Position numbers and translations under genes: made by a program | From: Vitrella brassicaformis CCMP3155 | Lineage: Eukaryota > Protista > Chromerida | DNA: 64,000 nucleotides | Direction: 5' to 3' | Assembly (NCBI GenBank): GCA_001179505.1 | Contig: CDMY01001000.1 | Coordinates: 1-64,000, forward strand | In this document: positions 34,790-48,323 of the stretch, piece after piece | How positions within the stretch are numbered: the stretch's first letter is position 1 | Layout of the letters: the number at the start of each line of letters is the position of its first letter | Notes under the pieces: generated by a model | Told to the model about the DNA's origin: nothing | What the model saw: only the letters and a program-made list of their open reading frames with translations | Databases searched by the model: none

Positions 34790-35653
34790 AAACCCAGTCA
34801 TACGAGCATAAGTGCGTTTCGTTGAATCCATTACTTGTGTCTTTGTGGGATGCACTCATGAATACCTGGCAGAAAATATCTCATGTGCACAGACAAAAGG
34901 CACACCACGGAGGAGGTCTGTCTATCGCAGACGCACACGGTCACAGCTCACACACACGTGTGTCGCTTCCATTCAGCGATCGATCGACCAGCACACACGC
35001 GGGTAGAATAAAAGCAGAAGCGGGCACACACACTCACACTCAACCACAGCAGCAGACAATACAACCAAGGAGCGGGGGCACCACACACACACGGAGACAG
35101 TGACCGACCGATCGATAAACCAGCCGCGAAAAGGATACACACTCACCCACCCATCCACTCATGGCAGACAAGCAGACAGACAGACAGACAAACATCAACG
35201 CCGCGATAAAAATTCAGCCCGTTGCTGCCTTTCACTCTTGTGGCAAAATGCGACCCACATCGATGGCACTGAGGGAGAAAGAGTGTAAGAGGCAATCACA
35301 CACATACCCCCCCGCACACACGCACAGACACACAGAGTGAGAGAGATAAAGAGTGTCACCGATGAATAAGGCAGCAGCGGAGAGCACACTCGCTCATCCG
35401 TCCACTCATGGCGGCCAGGCAGAGACACAGACAGACAGTGAGGGGTCAGAGGCGACGAAACCTGAGGCCCCCCCCTCCCCTGTGTGCGGCAAAGGTGCTG
35501 ACAAATGTGCCACAACACAATGGGGAATCACTCAATCACAGACATCACAATGCACTTCCTCCTTCCCTCAAAGCCGTCAGTCACCCAGTCAGCCAGGCGA
35601 CGAGGGAAAAGCCCCCGGCCACACACATGAGTGTGTGACACACAGCCGCCCCC

Positions 35654-35686
<33 letters not shown>

Positions 35687-36560
35687 CTCTCCTACTCTAT
35701 GCTGATCAAACGCAGCTGACGGAAGCGGGCAGGATATCTGGGTGGCGCTGTGATTCGCCAAATCTCGCCCTCTCGCATCGACAGCAACGGCTCACGCAAC
35801 CAGTCAATCAGATCAGACACACGACGCACCTCCCCACGATTCTCGAAGGCTTTGCGCTGGCCGTCGAATCCATAACGCCATACGATCAGGTCGATCTTGA
35901 CGCGGTCGTTGAGTGTCGGCACTCTGCCGGCGCCCTCCTGGATCACCTCATATCGGTAGCCAGTCGATGGCAGTGTGCCGGTCCGACGGCCAACACTGCT
36001 GCTGTTGGCGGTCTGCTGCTGTGACAATGAGGAGCCCTCCTGCCGCTGACGCAGTGTGGCGCCGCCCCCATTGAGCACACCCACACTGAGGAATGAGCAG
36101 ACACACACACAGCAGAGGGCATTTAAATGTCTGCCTGTGCCGCCAGTCAGTGCAGCCATTGTGTGTGAGATACCTGCTGGCCAGCTGCCGTAGGTCCAGA
36201 TTGACATCTTCAAACAGCCTGATCAGCCCATAGTCGGTCTTGCGGATAAACCGCCGCTCTCTGTCGCCGGCGAGAGGGCCGCCCTCCCCCTGCTGCACCA
36301 AAATGTACAGCCCACTGCCGTCGGTGAAGACATTGCGGCCCTCAAACAGACCCACCACACGGCCCGACAGACTGCTCACAGACGATGACATCCTCACAGA
36401 TCCAACGCGATGCTGCACACACCACACACACACACACACACACAGAAGAGAGGGCACACAGAGGTGAACTTGTTGATCAGATCTCGGTCCTACTATGGTC
36501 GCCTGTGCTGTCCTGACTCACCTGGCCTCGCGAGAAGGTTTGCCTCCCTGTCCTTGGGGC
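34790..36560 (-). repeat. ~1.8 kb duplicated block (gene E + introns + ~0.9 kb 3' flank); inverted copy at ~50530-52370
   Basis: Shared non-coding strings include gccaggtgagtcaggacagcacaggc, gagtgcatcccacaaagaca, caacgaaacgcact and gctcgtatgactgg. Confidence 0.85.
35692..36391 (-). CDS. Family gene E: N-module + degenerate FKBP-like domain
   Basis: MSSSVSSLSGRVVGLFEGRNVFTDGSGLYILV...LAS(S), phase-2 intron, ...YRYEVIQEGAGRVPTLNDRVKI...LLSMREGEIWRITAP...QLRLISIE*. Confidence 0.8.
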
Positions 36561-36766
36561 TGAGCTCGCAAATGCCAGCTCGCACGACAGAACGCCAAGC
36601 ACAAAAGGAAGGATCTGTTCCTTCGCACGTGAACGACTCATCTGGTACACGGGAATCCAACCAGTCGATTAAACTGTTTCCTGCCTCATCACCGGTCTGT
36701 CTGCAGGTCCCGACCTCTCTCTCCCATTCCTTTCCTCTCTCATCGTGCACGCGGACGCCACAGGGA

Positions 36767-37993
36767 ATGGGTTGCGGACCCTCCTCTTCTCGAGCGCAAG
36801 TGTCGGCGCTACCGCCGGCTGCTCCACCAGGCGACCCCATCACCAAGTATGTGCAGCTCGAGGTGGACGACAAGACCAGCCCGGTGCACCAGATCAACTG
36901 CCACACCAACATGACCATGGAGGAATTCAACCACGCCGTCAACGTGGCCTCCGGAGCCACCACTCGTCAAGAGGGTCTGTTGGGGGAGCATGTCAAGTGG
37001 CTCAAGACCAGCGGCGGCACTGTGGGTGGCTTGCTGTATGGTCGGGGGGACACTCAGGAGAACCTAATCGTCATCGTCATCCAAACCCAGTCTCAGAACG
37101 GTCAGTGAGTGACGACCCGCAGCAGACGAACAGACAAGACACACCATCGTTGTTTGTGTTGATCCAGAGTCGGACGCACGGACTGCGGCCAGCACGAGGA
37201 GCGCCCAGATGTGCCATCTGTGTCTGGATGACTCCGGATCAATGCGCGGAAGCCGGCTGCAGAAGGGCAAGAGCGCACTCAAGGCCCTCCAGCCTCGACT
37301 CGATGTCACGCCCACCAATGTGCATCTGATCGGCGGCACTAGCAACAGCCGGCTCATCTACCGCCACACCGACAAACTGACGGCGCGCGGCTTGGACAAG
37401 GCGTGGACGGCAAATGGTGGTGCAACATACCTGTGGGAGTACGTTTACAAGTCGACGATGGACTACAAGGACCAGGAGCACGATCTGATCATCATCACTG
37501 ATGGGGAGGACAACCACTCCCCAGCTCCATTCAGAGGACTCACCGGCTTCAACGAGCTCATGACACGCATGAAGGGGTAAGCACAAAGAGCGGATCGTTC
37601 GACATACACACACATTCTCTCTCTCACTGTGTCTGTCCCTGCGTGTGGTCTGTTCTCCTCTCCTTCAGCAACATCCGTGTCTCGTTGCTTCTGATCGGCA
37701 GCGGCCTGAGCGGCTCGCAGGCCAAAGTGTACCACCACCTCTGCCTGGCCACCGGTGGCGTCTACCACCACCAGCCCGACAACGACAACGACTTCTCGCT
37801 GGTCATGCAGCAGTTCGTCACGCCACTGCTGCTCACACAGGCCGAGCGGGAGACTGTGGCGTTTGAGCAGAGGTGCGAGTACGAGAACCTGGTGGCCAAG
37901 GGGGAGGCGACGCAATTCGACTGGTACAAGCCGATTGACAACAAACCAGCGGCAGATGCAGCCGACAAGCCAGTGGCGGATGCCTCCACATGA
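36767..37993 (+). CDS. N-acylated vWA-domain protein, 3 exons
   Basis: MGCGPSS (myristoylation plus palmitoylation motif); MIDAS-type LCLDDSGSM, GGATYLW and IIITDGEDN. Confidence 0.85.
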
Positions 37994-38796
37994 CGAGAGA
38001 AGGATGACTGGTGGTGGGTGCTGTATGAGTTCGATTGGTGGTCTGTGTGTGGTTTGTCTGTGCATTGCATTGTTGGGTGGTGGGTGTGTTTCTGTGACTG
38101 CATCATTCTGTAGGACGTAGGCGTAGGTAGGTAGGTTGTGTGTGTGTCGCTGTCTGTCTGTCTGTCATCTCTCTAGGACACGGGACGTACGCATGTAGTT
38201 GTGTGTTGTGCGATGTAATGTACAAGATCGATCCGATCGATCATGTGTGTCATTTTATCAGTCAGTTGTGCCTGCTTTGCTCGTCGTGTGTGAGATATGT
38301 GGTGGGTGCCTTTGGTTGTGGTGTATGCCTGCACTCGGTGCAGGTAGCTCCGTACGATCGCTGACGGCTGCATGCCCTCATGTATGGCACCAACTGTGGA
38401 CCCGGAACGGTACTCGTGATTCTCGTGATTTGTCTTTGGTGCCTGATGGGTTTGCTTGAACAAACAAATGGTGAGCGCCAAGTGAGAAAGCAATGAGTTC
38501 AATCCTACCCATCTAGGGTGCTCCCTGAAACCGCTGCTGCTGCCGGCAGGAATACAGCAATCTTTGACGATCTGGCGCTTTTGAGGACGCCAGAAGCTTT
38601 CTGGAGGCCAAGAGATGACGACAGTGAGAGGGGTTCATGACCATTGATGCCGCAGAACTCATCTGTGTGGAGTAGGTGAGCGAGTGAGTGAGTCAGATCA
38701 GACGCAGCACAGCAAATCTCCGATGTGATCTGTGATCTGTGATCTGTGGTCTGCAGGTCTCAGTTCTGTGTTCGTACGAGGCCGCCTTACAGCCTG

Positions 38797-39630
38797 ATGC
38801 AGCAGGGTGGCTGGCGGCAGCCCAGGCCGCCTGACAGCGATGGCAGAGTGCCGTCGTCATCAGGCTATTCAGCAGAGGTTAGCACAACAGGCACCATGCA
38901 TCGTAGTGTATCACTTTCTGCTGTGTACGTGCGTGTCGTCATGCAGGAGCCTGATGTTGGCCGGAGGCCAGTGGGGCTGCTCTACAGCCATTACGTCTAT
39001 GCGGATGGCCACGGCGGGTACGCTGTGGAGGTCGGGCATAAGCTGCGGCCTCTCGAGCCCTCTGCTGTCAACCAGATCATCATGTTCGCTGACGTGCACA
39101 GGTCAGTGTGTGTGTGTGGTCGGGTGAGTGGGCCGAGCTCCGACCGTTCATGCGCCACTCACTGCTTTGAAATCTGTTGCTGCAGGACAGCCGACCCGCT
39201 CTCCTCTCAGGAGCCACAGCAACAGCAGGCACCCTTGCAGTCGGCTGTCACGCCCATGACAGCTGGTGGTGCCATTGGCAGCAATGGCGGCGGCGCCGCA
39301 CTTCGTCAGCGGCAGGAGAGCTCGTCAGCAGCCAGCAGCAACGGCGATGGCTTCGTCCGGCTTCCCTCCGGCGCCCGCCATCGAGTGGTGCAGGAGGGCA
39401 CCGGCAGAGTGCCCACAGCCAACAACCGCGTCAAGTACGACGAGATCGGGTGGTTTGATGCATTCGACGGCCAGGTCAAATACATCGATGAACGTGGGCG
39501 GGTGGGTCGTGTGTCTAATCTGCCTGACTGGTTGCGTGAGGCGATGCTGTCGATGCGGGAAGGAGAGACGAGGCAGATCATAGGGCGAGCCGGGTATTAC
39601 CATCAGCTGCGTTTGGTCAGCATAGAGTAG
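38797..39630 (+). CDS. Family gene F: N-module + Gln-rich linker + degenerate FKBP-like domain
   Basis: RRPVGLLYSHYVYADGHGGYAVEV...FADVH(R), phase-2 intron, ...LPSGARHRVVQEGTGRVPTANNRVKY...MLSMREGETRQII...QLRLVSIE*. Confidence 0.8.
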   Translation: MQQGGWRQPRPPDSDGRVPSSSGYSAEVSTTGTMHRSVSLSAVYVRVVMQEPDVGRRPVGLLYSHYVYADGHGGYAVEVGHKLRPLEPSAVNQIIMFADVHRSVCVCGRVSGPSSDRSCATHCFEICCCRTADPLSSQEPQQQQAPLQSAVTPMTAGGAIGSNGGGAALRQRQESSSAASSNGDGFVRLPSGARHRVVQEGTGRVPTANNRVKYDEIGWFDAFDGQVKYIDERGRVGRVSNLPDWLREAMLSMREGETRQIIGRAGYYHQLRLVSIE

Positions 39631-42600
39631 GAGAGAGTCCACACACACAGAGGGGGGCGGCTGTGTGCGTCGCCCATTCATGTGTGTGGCCGGGGGCTCC
39701 TCCCTCGTTGTGCCTCGGCTTTGAGCGAAGGAGTGAGTGTGTCGTCTGTCTGTCGGCCACCCACACAGTCATGTGGCGGTTTCTGTCTGCCGTGTGTGTG
39801 TTTTTCGTTTCCATTCGACGGGGTGGTGTGAGAGAGCGACAGAGAGTTTCGGCTGCGTCTGTGGGTCGTCACTGTGTTGAGGGAAGGAGGGAGTGCACTG
39901 TGGTTTCTGTGATTGATTCAGCATCGTTGTCGGGGTGGATTTCTATCATGGTGTTGATGTGTGCGCGTCACTTCTTTTCCCCTCACTGTCTGAAAGCCTC
40001 TCTGGCTGTCTGTCTGCCATGAGTGGATGGGCGAGGGTGTCGACGGGCTGTTCATCGGTCGGACACTCACAGCCTCTCTCTCTCTCTCTTGCCTCCGTCT
40101 GAGTGTCTGTGTGTGGGTGCATGCCTCCCAATGTCTCCGCTTCTGACTGCAAGCGTTTTGTGTGATTTTTTAGCAGTCCATGAGTCCATCGTGTTTTGTG
40201 TTCGTCGGTCTTGAGCGTCCAGTATTGATTCTGCTGGACAAGCGAATGCAGTGGATTGGTAGTAGTTATTTCTTCTAAAGTCTACCTACGGCACACACTT
40301 CTCTCTGGTCCGGCCGGATGAACACTCTCACGCTCTCACGGACTCGCTCGCTCACTCGCTCACTCACTCACTCACGAAACTTGATGGTTAGTTGGTCAGA
40401 TGGATACACCCACCACACCACATGGCCACCCTCACACACACATGAGTACATGGAGACACACGCGCAGACGGACACACGAATGAAGGGGCCTGTCTGTCTG
40501 TCTGTCTTGACTGCACGCTGCAGCCGTCTGCCTTCCTCTCTCCTTGTGTCTCTCACCTCCCCCTCTCAGTAAGTCAGTCTCTCGCTGGGTCGGTCGCTCT
40601 TTCGATTTCTCTGTCTGCGGTTTCCATTCCACACGCAGCCCTTCCCTTCCCCCCCACACACATACACACACCCATACACACATGATCAACCGACACGGCA
40701 GCAGGGCGGGGCTCTCTGCCCCTCCTGTCACACACGCACGCACCGCACTTCACCGCACTGCTGCAGCTCATGACACTCATGTGATGTGATGTGATGTTTT
40801 GTGATGTGTATGTGATGTGATATGATGTGATGTGCAGATGGACTTGTGTCACTCACTCACGTGCAGGTGTTAGTGTCATGGAATGAATGAATGGATCGAT
40901 CCAACGAACGGCTATGAGCGATAGGATTCAGCAACCCACCCATCTACCCCCATCCACGCACACACCACCCATCCCCATTCACCAATCGTATGTTGAGTTG
41001 AGAAAGGTTGCTGGAGGGAAGAGAAAGAAGGACACGTGACGAAAAAGGGTACACTTACGTACGGCTGGTTGTTGGTTGATTGATAACCCGACACACGCAA
41101 ACCTACCTCTCTCTGTCTCCCTCTCTCTCCGTCGCTCTCTCCCTCCCTCCCGCACACAGACGCCCGCGCACGGATTGGTACCTACAGACACGTCTCTCTG
41201 CGTGTGGTCCCCCTGCCGTGCCCTCCTCTGCTCTGGGTGTATGTATGTGAGTGTACACACTCTTCTCTCGGGCCCCTCGTTCTCCCCTCCCTCCCTCTCT
41301 CTGTCCGTGTGGCCGTGTGGCTGTCTGTCTGCCTGGCGAAGAAGAGGCGAGAATGGGGTACACTACTGACTGGTGCGTGTGAATGAGGATGTGTGTGTAC
41401 GTGTGTGTACGTGTGTGTACGTGTGTGGGAGGGCGACTCAGCTCGCTCCGCTTCCAAAAATACCGAGCAGTGACTAGCCGACCCATTCCAACACACAGGC
41501 ATAGCACATGTGGGGGGTGATGGACACACACACACACACACACACGCACTCAGACGGACAGAGGAAGCACACAGACTCTCCCTCCCCCTCCTCTCTCTCT
41601 CTGTGGCTCTCTCTCTCTCCTCTCCCCTCGGTAAGTTGTGTGTGTGTGTATATTGTGTGTATATTGTGTGTATATTGTGGGTATCTGTATGAAGCGACGC
41701 AATATACACACACACACACACACACATACAGACAGATCGACATACACAGAGATACGCAATGCTCTAGCTCTAGCTCTTGCTGGGCGAAAAAGAGCTGCTC
41801 AGGAAAACACAGCCGAAAAAGGTCCGTCCGAAAAGGGCAGGCAGGCTGGCCTGCCCTGTCACTCGACCCGCACACATCCATCCATCTGTCCATCTTTCTG
41901 TCCATCTGGCTATGGGTAAAGCGAATACCTAAGGGAAGGAGGAAGGAAATACATACAAATACGAAACGTGAAAAGAAGGTGCGCCAATACATAATGCTCT
42001 TTGTTGGCTCCTTGGGCCCTTGATTCGCATGCAGTGCACGACACACATACATACACACNNNNNNNNNNNNNNNNNNNNNNNNNNNNNNNNNNNNNNNNNN
42101 NNNNNNNNNNNNNNNNNNNNNNNNNNNNNNNNNNNNNNNNNNNNNNNNNNNNNNNNNNNNNNNNNNNNNNNNNNNNNNNNNNNNNNNNNNNNNNNNNNNN
42201 NNNNNNNNNNNNNNNNNNNNNNNNNNNNNNNNNNNNNNNNNNNNNNNNNNNNNNNNNNNNNNNNNNNNNNNNNNNNNNNNNNNNNNNNNNNNNNNNNNNN
42301 NNNNNNNNNNNNNNNNNNNNNNNNNNNNNNNNNNNNNNNNNNNNNNNNNNNNNNNNNNGGGAGGGTAGGGGGGGAGAGGGTAGACGAGGGAAGCAGCCAG
42401 GCAGGTATACAGGAAAACAATGACTAAGCAACACCCGGATAGATATATTGCTTGAAACGCGCAGAGAGACACGAACGAACGAACACAGATGGATGGCTGT
42501 GGGGTTAGCACTGCGCTTCATACTTACATCGCCTGACTGACTGATTGATACAAACAGATGAAGAGAGCAAAGGAGCAAGAGAAAAGGCGCAAGAGAGCGG

Positions 42601-43287
42601 AAAACAAATACACACGCATGTACACCCACACACAGGGGACAGAGAGGGAGAACAAGGCAAGACAGGCAGACACACGCAGACAGACAGACGGATGCATTCA
42701 TACTGCTGGGAGGAAGGAAGATGGCCGGTGGCTCACCTGGGCACAACCACACACTCGTGTATGTGTATGTGTGTATGTGTATGTATGTACGGTGGCGTGT
42801 AGGGATTCACTCACACACTACACACACACAAATCGGATCTTCCCTCCCTCTCTTCCTCCGTCCCTGCCTGCCTGCCTGCCTGCCCTACACACGGATGTTG
42901 TATTGTATATACACACACACTCACACACACACACACAGAAAGAGCGAGTCAGCCAATCATCAGAGAGTCAGAGAGCAATAGAGACACCCCCTCCCCTCCC
43001 CTCCCCTCCCACACACACACGGACATCGGCTGTGTACACGTGTGGCTGTGTGAGTGAGTATTGTATACGTCACGTACCAATCAATCAATATATGGAAATG
43101 GATAGATGGAGTGGATGGATGGATGGATGGATGAATGCCCCCCCTCCCTCCCTCCCTCCCTCCCCCTTGTCCGGTGAAATGGGTATGTGTTCGGTTCGGT
43201 GTGGTGGTTTGTGGGTCCACAATGACTGACCACATGCATCCATATGTGTGTGTATGTGTGTGGGTGTATAGGTGTGTGCACGTCACG

Positions 43288-44896
43288 TCACGCCTCGTTG
43301 CCGTTGCACCTTATCAATAGCCGAAAAGCCTGCATGTCAGTCACGCGACAGGCACTGAGGCTTATCTCTCTCCTTTGCCGTGTGTGACGTGCTGACTGAC
43401 TGACCTCTATAATTCCCCGCTTCTCCCGCTCCTCGACGCCGGCAGCGTTGAGGAATGAGGACAGATTCCTCACCAGCCGACGACGCTTGCACGGCGGCAG
43501 ACGACGCGCACACTGACACACACACATACCGATCGACATAGATGCGTGTGAGAGAGGTCATCATTTCTGGCTGGTCGACGCACCCACCGTACCTACCGTG
43601 ACGTAGCTGTTGATCTTTGCTGCTGTACACCTGCCCAGAAGGCAGCCCACCACACGACCAACCACACCCTGCTCACCACACACATGAAGTAGAAAGAAGT
43701 ACCATCATCATGGGTGGCAAAAATGCATCATTTTAGCCGTGTTATAAGCGCGACATACATACATACATACCGCCATATCCCGTAGTGTCTGGACGAGGCA
43801 TGAGCCCAATAAGGACATGCGCGCCGCCACACTGTCCACCAGCGCACACACACTGCCCACCAACCAACAGATGGCACACTGCACACATACACACAGGGGG
43901 CGAGGTGTGCTCATGAGATGGGGCACACCAACCGGTGGCTTGTTTGCCTTACGGTGGTGGTTCGTATGGCCTGTGCTGTGAGCGTCGCCGTCATGACGCA
44001 CACACGGACGGTGGATGACACCACACGCAGCACAAGCTGATGCACACCACACACACACACACACACACCACACACACACACACACACACATTGCTTCCCG
44101 TCTGATGATGGTCTGTGTGTGCGCTTGATGGGTCGCTCGCTGACTTTGAAAGGCAGTAGGAAGAAGCACATCATGACCTCGATGAACATGAGGCCGAACA
44201 GACGGCAATTAGACATCATTACCAGCCCATCTGCGCACACAGACAGATGGCGGACGAAGGAAGGAACACACAGCCATCTTCACACAGACAGTTGGCTGAT
44301 GGCTGGCTGGCCCGGCAGCCCCCTGACTGACTGACTGACTGACCGTTCCAGGAGTCCTTGTCGGTGTTGCCGTCTCCGTGGATGAGCAGGTGGAACCGAT
44401 ACAGGTACCTCTCCAGCTGATGCATGTCCTCCTCGCTGCCATGCCGATCGACACCAACACCCACACCAAACAGACCACACATTCACACACGCATGGCCAG
44501 TCCTTCTGCCCTTCTCCCGCCCCCTTACATGGTGGCGTCGTCGCTCGTATTGCCGCTGTCGTGCTGCGAGCGCGCGGCATTGCTGTCGCACCTGCCGCCG
44601 CCGCTGCTGCTGTTGGCACTTCTGCCGCTGGTGAGTGCCGGCAGCAGGGCGTCGATGAGGGCGTCCAGGTAGACTATGGGGTACCCCATGCAGAACAGCG
44701 AGTGCAGCAACGCCTGCAGGAACGACACACAACACACACACACACACACTGTCAGAGAGACTGCCACTGCTTTCTCTGCCAGTCTTCGGTTGCTGTCCCC
44801 CCTCCCTCCCCCCCAAGGACTTACCTGTTCGGACATCTGAATGGCTGAGAAGCATCGCTTCCCCACCACAGCCAGGTGCAGGGCCAGGTGAGACAT
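43288..44896 (-). CDS. Hypothetical multi-exon protein, possibly membrane-associated
   Basis: Exon-like blocks MSHLALHLAVV...SEQ|ALLHSLFCMGYPIVYLDALIDALLP, LERYLYRFHLLIHGDG, RLFGLMFIEVMMCFFLLPF and RRLVRNLSSFLNAAGVEEREKRGIIE|AFRLLIRCNGNEA*. Not all phases verified. Confidence 0.5.
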
Positions 44897-45214
44897 CCTC
44901 AGGTACGGAGTCGTTCACTACGGCCACGCACCAGCACTGCCGCACCAGTCAGCCGTCACCGAGCACCGGTGGCGCCGTCGTCACTTCCCAGGAGCATCTG
45001 GCAGCTACCTATACACAGCACCTTGACCAACAACGGCGTCATAACATGCTCCAATGTCCCTGCCGCTCTATGGTTACACGCAGCGCCCTACACTACAAGC
45101 TCGCGACCTAGAGAAGGGGAAAAAGGGGGAGGATCCAGAAGCAGACGGACAGGCACACCAGATGCACCAGCAGATCTGATCCGATTCGATTCGTTCGTTT
45201 GGCAAGGAAGGAAG

Positions 45215-47224
45215 ATGAGCACCGCCGCCCTGGCGCTGCACCCGTCGGTCGTCCAGCGCATCGACGCCGGACTCGACGCCTTCCTCGCGGCCGCAGACGC
45301 CTCACTCAAGCCCTCGCGCATCGTCTGCAGGTGAGCGGGGCACAGATGCACATCGATATCTTGGAGTATATCCCGGTGTATCTTTGCCATTGGGTGCGTG
45401 TGTGTGGTGTCTGTGTGTCAGGCGGCTTTGTGTGAGTGAGAGGGGCTATCACCGGCAGAATTTTGAGAGGCAGCGGAGCACATCGCTGGCCAGCAGCGAC
45501 ATCGCAGAGACCCCTGCCGGCAGATGGTGAGTGAACGCAGGCACCCGGCAGAGGTTTGTGTGTGCACACACATGATGATCCTCGTCTCTCTCCCTCCCTC
45601 TGTGTTGTGTGTGTGTGTCAGCAATGCATCGTCCAGCGGGTCTGCGGCCGACATGTCCTGTTCGACACGCCAGTCGACCGTCGACAGCAGCGACGATACA
45701 CCCAGACAGCACCAGCAACACCAGGAGCAGCAACAGCAGCAACAAGAGGAGCCTGTTGATCACCAGCAGCAGCATCAGCAGCAGGGAGAAGACGAGCAGC
45801 ACCAAGAGGGGCAGGAAGGTAGCCACACGTTGGTGCTGATGTGAGTCGATGTGAGAATGTGTGTTGTGTGCGTGTGGGCAGGTGTGACGTACGGTGATTT
45901 CCAGTTCCTGCTGGATCGTGAGCACGAGGGATTCACCGCACCCGGATGGGAGAAGGTGAGCGGGGGAGGGGAAGACACACATAGCAAACGTGTCAGTGGG
46001 CGGTACGCGTGTGTGTGTGTGTGTGTCACCATGCGCCAGGTGTTGGAGCGTGACGGCGTTTCGGTGGGCAGATGCAAGCCGGAGGAGAGCGGCCTTCTAC
46101 AGGTGCGGACAGACAGACAGACAGACAGAGAGGGAGAGCGAGTGTCTCTGTTGTGTATGTGTGCGTCTTTGTGTGGTTAGGTCAAGGCGTACGCCACTTT
46201 GGCATCGATCGACATCGACACGGCCTTCACACACATATACGACATCAACACACGGGCCATCTGGGACCCTGTCCTCACCGTACGTCGCGAACACCCATAC
46301 ACACACACCATGCCCACGTGGACTTGTCTGCCTGTGCCTGTGTGTCTCTTCCGTTGGTAAGGAGTGGCGTCTGATATCGACCATTGACTGTCCCACCCGG
46401 CACAAGGCGTCCATGACGCCCACGGAGGTCATCTACTCCGTCATGCACGGCCCATTAGGTGCCTTCCCACTCACAACCACACAGACAGACAGACAGACAG
46501 ACGTGATTGTGGTATGTTATCATGTTGGGTGTGTGTGTTGGGTGTGTTGGGTGTGTGCAGGATTGGCGTCTCGCGATTTTCTTCAGTACCGTCGGTCGAT
46601 GACCAACCTCACTAACAAGGGCCGGGTGCGTTTGTCAGGGAAGCAGCCACCGGGCACTGAGCTACTGAGGCAGCAGACACACTGTTGTGCGGGTCGTGTG
46701 TGTGTGTCAGGTGTCGGTGATCTGCATGAGATCTGCGCCTAGCGACGAGTACATGACCGAGCGGAAGGGATACGTCAGAGCCGACAGCGTCATCTCAGGC
46801 ACGCAGGCAGCCCTCCCCTCCTTTCCCCTCCCCTCCTCCTAATTATCACTCCCACACACGGACAAAACAGATGAAGAATGTGGGTTCACTCATCGATGTG
46901 TGCGTGCGTGTGTGTGTGTGTTGTGGTTCATTCCCTCACTCGGTCATCCAGGTTACGTGTTGCGTCAGTCGAGTCACGATCCGGCCAACTCGACGGACCT
47001 CTTCATATTCAGCCACAACGACCCGCGAGGACTCATTCCTAAGTGGATCGTCAACGCCGGTCGGTAGATGACCCCTTCTCGTGTGTGCATGCATTGGTGT
47101 GTCCCTCGGCTGTTTGTCTCTTGGTCAGTTGCTGCCCGCGCGCCGGTGCATTGGGTGCAGTCGTTCAAGACGGCGTGCTACGACTACCTGCTCAACTCGA
47201 CACAGGAGGAGGTCAGAACACTCA

Positions 47225-47259
<35 letters not shown>

Positions 47260-48323
47260 GAAGACAACGAGGTCGGATCTCTGTGTGCTGTGGTGTGCAG
47301 GGTACGCAAGAAGGAGGAGATAGCGGGCAGGAAGAGGAGCCAACCACAGAGACAGAGACCGACACCGCCCCACCAGCGCAGAAAAGAGTCGTCTCAGCAC
47401 CTGGTATTTCCAAATGTCTCACCTAAACCCGAGCCCCTCCTCCATTGATTACACGTTTCCCTTTTCCTCAACCTGCAGAGATCTCAGTCCCCACCACGCT
47501 GTCGCCCCCCGCAGCCCCCCTCCGCCCCCATGAGCAGCGCGAGTGCGGCCACAAGGCACCACCCTCCCCAGCAGCATCATCGTCCCATGAGGACAGCCAG
47601 CCGTTCGGGCGGTCGTCGCCCACTCCCACAGACGGGGGCAGCTTCCTCGGGCCTGAGTGGTGAGCGAGAAGCGATGGACAAGAAAGAAGAGATCTATGTG
47701 GATGGATGGCGTTTATGTGAGTGAATGCATTGGTTGTGTGTGTGTCTGGCATCATCAAACTTCATTTCGTCAGGGTGGTTGTGCGTCGTTCCCCGGCCCC
47801 CCCGGCTCAGCCCGACAGCTCCCCCACGCCATCGCTATCACGATGGACCAAGAGCCCCAACGGCATCAGGTCGAGAGCCACATCAGGTGAGTCCATGAGT
47901 GAGGTGCACTGACTGCACTCACCCGTCCACGCACACGCGCATCCCTCCCTCTCTCTCCTTCCATCTCTCTCTCTCTCTCTGTATGTATCCATCAGGGTTG
48001 CGTCTGTTGTCGCGCGCGATGCCGTCCACTCGGCTGCTGCGGTTCGAGCGCGAGTACGAGAGAGTGCGGTGCTCTGTCGGATGGGGCGTCGGCAGGGTCC
48101 TCTGGAGGAAATGGCGCAGGTCAGTGCCTGCTGCCCCTCCGAAGCACACATAAATGGATGGATGGATGTGTGTGTGTTCAGGTGGCGTGGCAAGGACGAC
48201 GCGAGTGGCGGCTGTAGTGTGGGTGGCAGTGTGGAGATGGAGAAGCTGCCGCTGCCCCGAGTGGACACGACGGATTTGCTGCTGGAGGACACCCCCACCA
48301 TCAGACACATGAGGAGCATGTAG
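45215..48323 (+). CDS. START (lipid-binding) domain protein with low-complexity flanks
   Basis: GWEK|VLERDGVSVGR, VKAYATL...IYDINTRAIWD, SRDFLQYRR, VICMRSAP...GYVRADSVISG|YVLR, IFSHNDPRGLIPKWIVN. Exons can be followed in frame to TAG at 48323. Confidence 0.9.

Noticed and set aside
34785-34800. CTAG near the end of the E/G duplicated block as a Helitron 3' end
   Set aside because: Absent from the G copy, no convincing subterminal hairpin, and no A/T insertion site.
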